From the IMG/VR virus record IMGVR_UViG_2049941000_000098: 7,686 nucleotides of DNA, one strand, 5' to 3'. Below the pieces are notes generated by a model. That model was not told the DNA's origin and did not search any database. It saw only the letters and a program-made list of their open reading frames with translations. Shown here piece by piece: positions 5,628 to 7,686 of the stretch. The DNA is from an uncultured virus (IMG/VR IMGVR_UViG_2049941000_000098). Lineage: Duplodnaviria; Heunggongvirae; Uroviricota; Caudoviricetes. The first letter of the stretch is position 1. Each line of letters starts with the position of its first letter. The position numbers were made by a program, and so were the translations under genes.

Positions 5628-7179
5628 TTATTCGGTTTGTGGTTCAAACGTTTCGATTTCGGGTGCGCCACCGCCGCCGCCCAAATCCTCATCCGTGAAA
5701 TCGGGTTCGCCCAAATCGGACAATCCGCCGCCACCGCCTAAATCTTCGCCGCCGCCTTCATCGCCGCCAAGTCCNNNNNNNNNNTCCGCCGCCGCCTTCG
5801 TCACCCTCGGTCGGTTCGCCACCATCGCGTTCCTGACGCAATTCTTCCAAGTAATCAAGAAAATCGTTATACCAATCCTGTATCACGGGTGACTTGATGG
5901 ACGCGTTGACCAATCCCAACAGTGATTTCAATCGGTGGATTTTCTGTTCGATTTTTTCCTCGGGGTCATCACCCATCACAAGACTTTCGATTTCCCCGAC
6001 AACATCCGTATAGTTCGACATTGCCTGTAGTACGTCGTCATCCTCCGATGTTGGCAACTGAATCAAACTGAATACCACATTGTATTTTTCTAATGATTGT
6101 GTCCGTAATACAAACTCGTTAATTGTCTTTTCAATCAGCGTTCGTATCGAATTACACAATTTGGCATACCGCAAATCGGAACGAATCATCGATGCCGCCG
6201 TACTACCCATCGCTTGTGAAAAATCCATGTACGTGGCGGGGAATCGGGTAATTAGGTTCAATTTGTCAAGATGGTATTTCAGGTCGGGCAATTCCTTTAT
6301 GTCGCCCTGTGGAACATCAAGGTGCATTACGGGTTCACCCTTTCCGTTACGGGTCGCGATAATAGGAATGTTGTCATTGAACTCTTCGTTGTTTGTACCC
6401 GTCAGGCTCATCGAATCGGTGTTAAGTGCCGCGCCGATTGTTTCAACAGCGTCTTTCTGTGTGTCACCATTCGACAAACCGATGTCAACGGTCGCATAAC
6501 GCACGATGCGCGACAATTGCACACGGTAACGTTTCAACGCGTTCTCAATCAGGTTAAGCGTGTCCAGTGTGGATTTTGCGTTTTTGAACTGCATCGGGGT
6601 CGGGGTAATCTCGAACACGATGTCATCCGTCAAATCCTTATTATCCTCGGGGATTTCCAATAATGAATTTTTCTCGTAATTGATGAAAATTATAACGTCT
6701 TCGAGGTTTTGTTTTTCCTTGTGTGCTTCGGACATGTCATACGCCACGACCTGTTTTGTCTTTGTTAGGTAGAATTTCAGGTTTTTTAGATTGGGCAATA
6801 AACATATCTTACATGTTTTTTTGTCAAACGCCGCGTCAAAAACTGATACCCCGACAAGTTGAAGGTCTTTAGACACCCAACGCACAATACCGTTCAATTC
6901 ATCTTTGTAAGAATCAAGTATTGTTTGTTCCGCCACAGGCAATTCGGTTATTCCCTCGGGCAATTCGTAATTGTACGAAACGGGTGTTTCGCCACGGCAC
7001 ACGTCGTCGGCGGTGATGTCGCAAATTGCTTCCGCATACGGATTCTGTGAAAGGTCATTATCCGACGCGCCGCCATTGGTGGAAGTTGACGACTGACCGT
7101 AACCCTTACGCCATGACACGCCCGTCGGAATTCCCAACACGGCTTTTATTGTGCTGAAAAACCCGTTTTCACTTACCAT
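5628..7179 (-). CDS. Portal vertex protein, T4 gp20-like (divergent), with Gly/Asp/Glu-rich C-terminal tail; N gap at 5775-5784 shifts the frame
   Basis: IENALKRYRVQLSRIVRYATVDIG, DNIPIIATRNGKGEP, DIKELPDLKYHLDKLNLITRFPATYM and ASMIRSDLRYAKLCNSIRTLI occur in the same order as T4 gp20-family motifs (LEDALVIYR..RAPERRVFYIDVG; EDYWLPRREGGRG; ELEDVRYFQKKLYKALNVP; SEITRDELKFSKFI). GDEGGGG before the gap continues as GLGGDEGGGEDLGGGGG...EPQTE* after it. Confidence 0.8.
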
Positions 7180-7181
7180 TG

Positions 7182-7645
7182 TTATTTACCCCCCTTGTAT
7201 TTCAACTGTCGGCTTTTCAGTTCCTGTGCGAATGTTATCGGTGTCACACGTTCGCCACGACGTTNNNNNNNNNNTTACCTAAACCGACACCGCCACGACG
7301 TTTGACAACTTCCATACGCAGGGCGTTTAAAGCGTTGGTTACGGTTTTTGGTTTGTTTTCCGATTCAACGTCTTTGTTTTCGGAATCGTTGTTTTCAGTG
7401 TTTCCGTTGTCGGACATACCCGATTCGTTGTTTTCAACGTCAGGATTCGGGGTTTCACTATTTTCCGATTCGTTGTTTTCGGTTTCACTGTTTTCGGAAT
7501 CGTTGTTTTTTGTTCCGTTCAATAGTAACGCGCGTAATGCGAAGAACGATGTTGTCGGGTCAAACTCGATTCCTTCTTTTTTCAGCAACTCAACAAGTTC
7601 GTCCTTGGTGATGTTGCGCAAATCTTTAGCCGTGTAATTTGCCAT
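7182..7645 (-). CDS. HeH/SAP/LEM-like domain protein with Asn/Glu/Ser low-complexity linker and basic C-terminus; N gap at 7265-7274
   Basis: N-terminal YTAKDLRNITKDELVELLKKEGIEFDPTTSFFALRALLL fits a helix-extension-helix pattern. After the gap the frame RRGERVTPITFAQELKSRQLKYKGGK* stops at 7184-7182, 2 nt before the portal ATG. Confidence 0.7.
7345..7515. repeat. Degenerate coding repeat ENN(D/E)SEN
   Basis: Four copies of attcgttgtttt/aatcgttgtttt encode NNDSENSETENNESENSET...ENNESG...ENNDSEN. Confidence 0.75.
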
Positions 7646-7674
7646 TGTTGTTATGTTTTAATTATACAATACCG

Positions 7675-7682
7675 CAAATATA
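7675..7682 (-). promoter_or_regulatory. Bacteroidota -7 promoter box TATATTTG driving the HeH-portal operon
   Basis: caaatata on the + strand, about 30 nt upstream of the ATG at 7645. The flank GCAAATATATAAA is identical to the site at 524-536. The -33 element lies outside the window. Confidence 0.65.
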
Positions 7683-7686
7683 TAAA

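Noticed and set aside
5498..5858. ORF-track calls 5498-5734, 5628-5858 and the 5553 start as independent genes
   Set aside because: 5628-5774 is better explained as the portal tail after the gap. 5498-5734 is an alternative frame crossing the hairpins. The 5553 start lies inside the stem-loop.
943..7274. Apparent frameshifts or pseudogenes at 943-952, 5775-5784 and 7265-7274 (other gaps at 3021-3030 and 3582-3591)
   Set aside because: All are fixed 10-N scaffold placeholders of unknown true length. Sensible reading frames continue on both sides, so these are assembly artefacts and not programmed frameshifts.
1064..7637. All plus-strand ORFs in the track (e.g. 1466-1975, 3595-4059, 3912-4370, 6080-6499, 7179-7637)
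   Set aside because: They are antisense shadows of better minus-strand genes that have coupled starts, promoters and terminators, and they contain no recognisable motifs.
1..7686. Stop-codon reassignment (TAG or TGA) as in some gut phages
   Set aside because: Long genes are open in code 11. TAG (3276-3274) and TGA (1313-1311, 4684-4682) fall at plausible gene ends, two of them overlapping the next start.

Overview
This is a fragment of a tailed dsDNA phage genome, probably infecting Bacteroidota. The host inference rests on repeated TAnnTTTG -7 promoter boxes and A-rich, Shine-Dalgarno-less start regions. All credible genes are on the minus strand. In transcription order they are: a HeH/SAP-like low-complexity protein; a divergent T4 gp20-type portal with a Gly/acidic tail; a structured intergenic RNA region carrying a 9-aa Leu-run mini-ORF; three putative head-internal/core proteins (two share an N-terminal MSDFxxGL motif, and one is Arg-rich with many [VI]xD[S/A] motifs); a small 2-TM protein; a 93-aa/LRR-ConA/69-aa putative receptor-binding module; three small ORFs; a probable ADP-ribosyltransferase-fold protein; and an AT-rich acidic gene running off the left edge. 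Five 10-N scaffold gaps break several reading frames, so some ORF-track calls are truncated. All family assignments come from motif recognition by eye and need HMM or structure confirmation.
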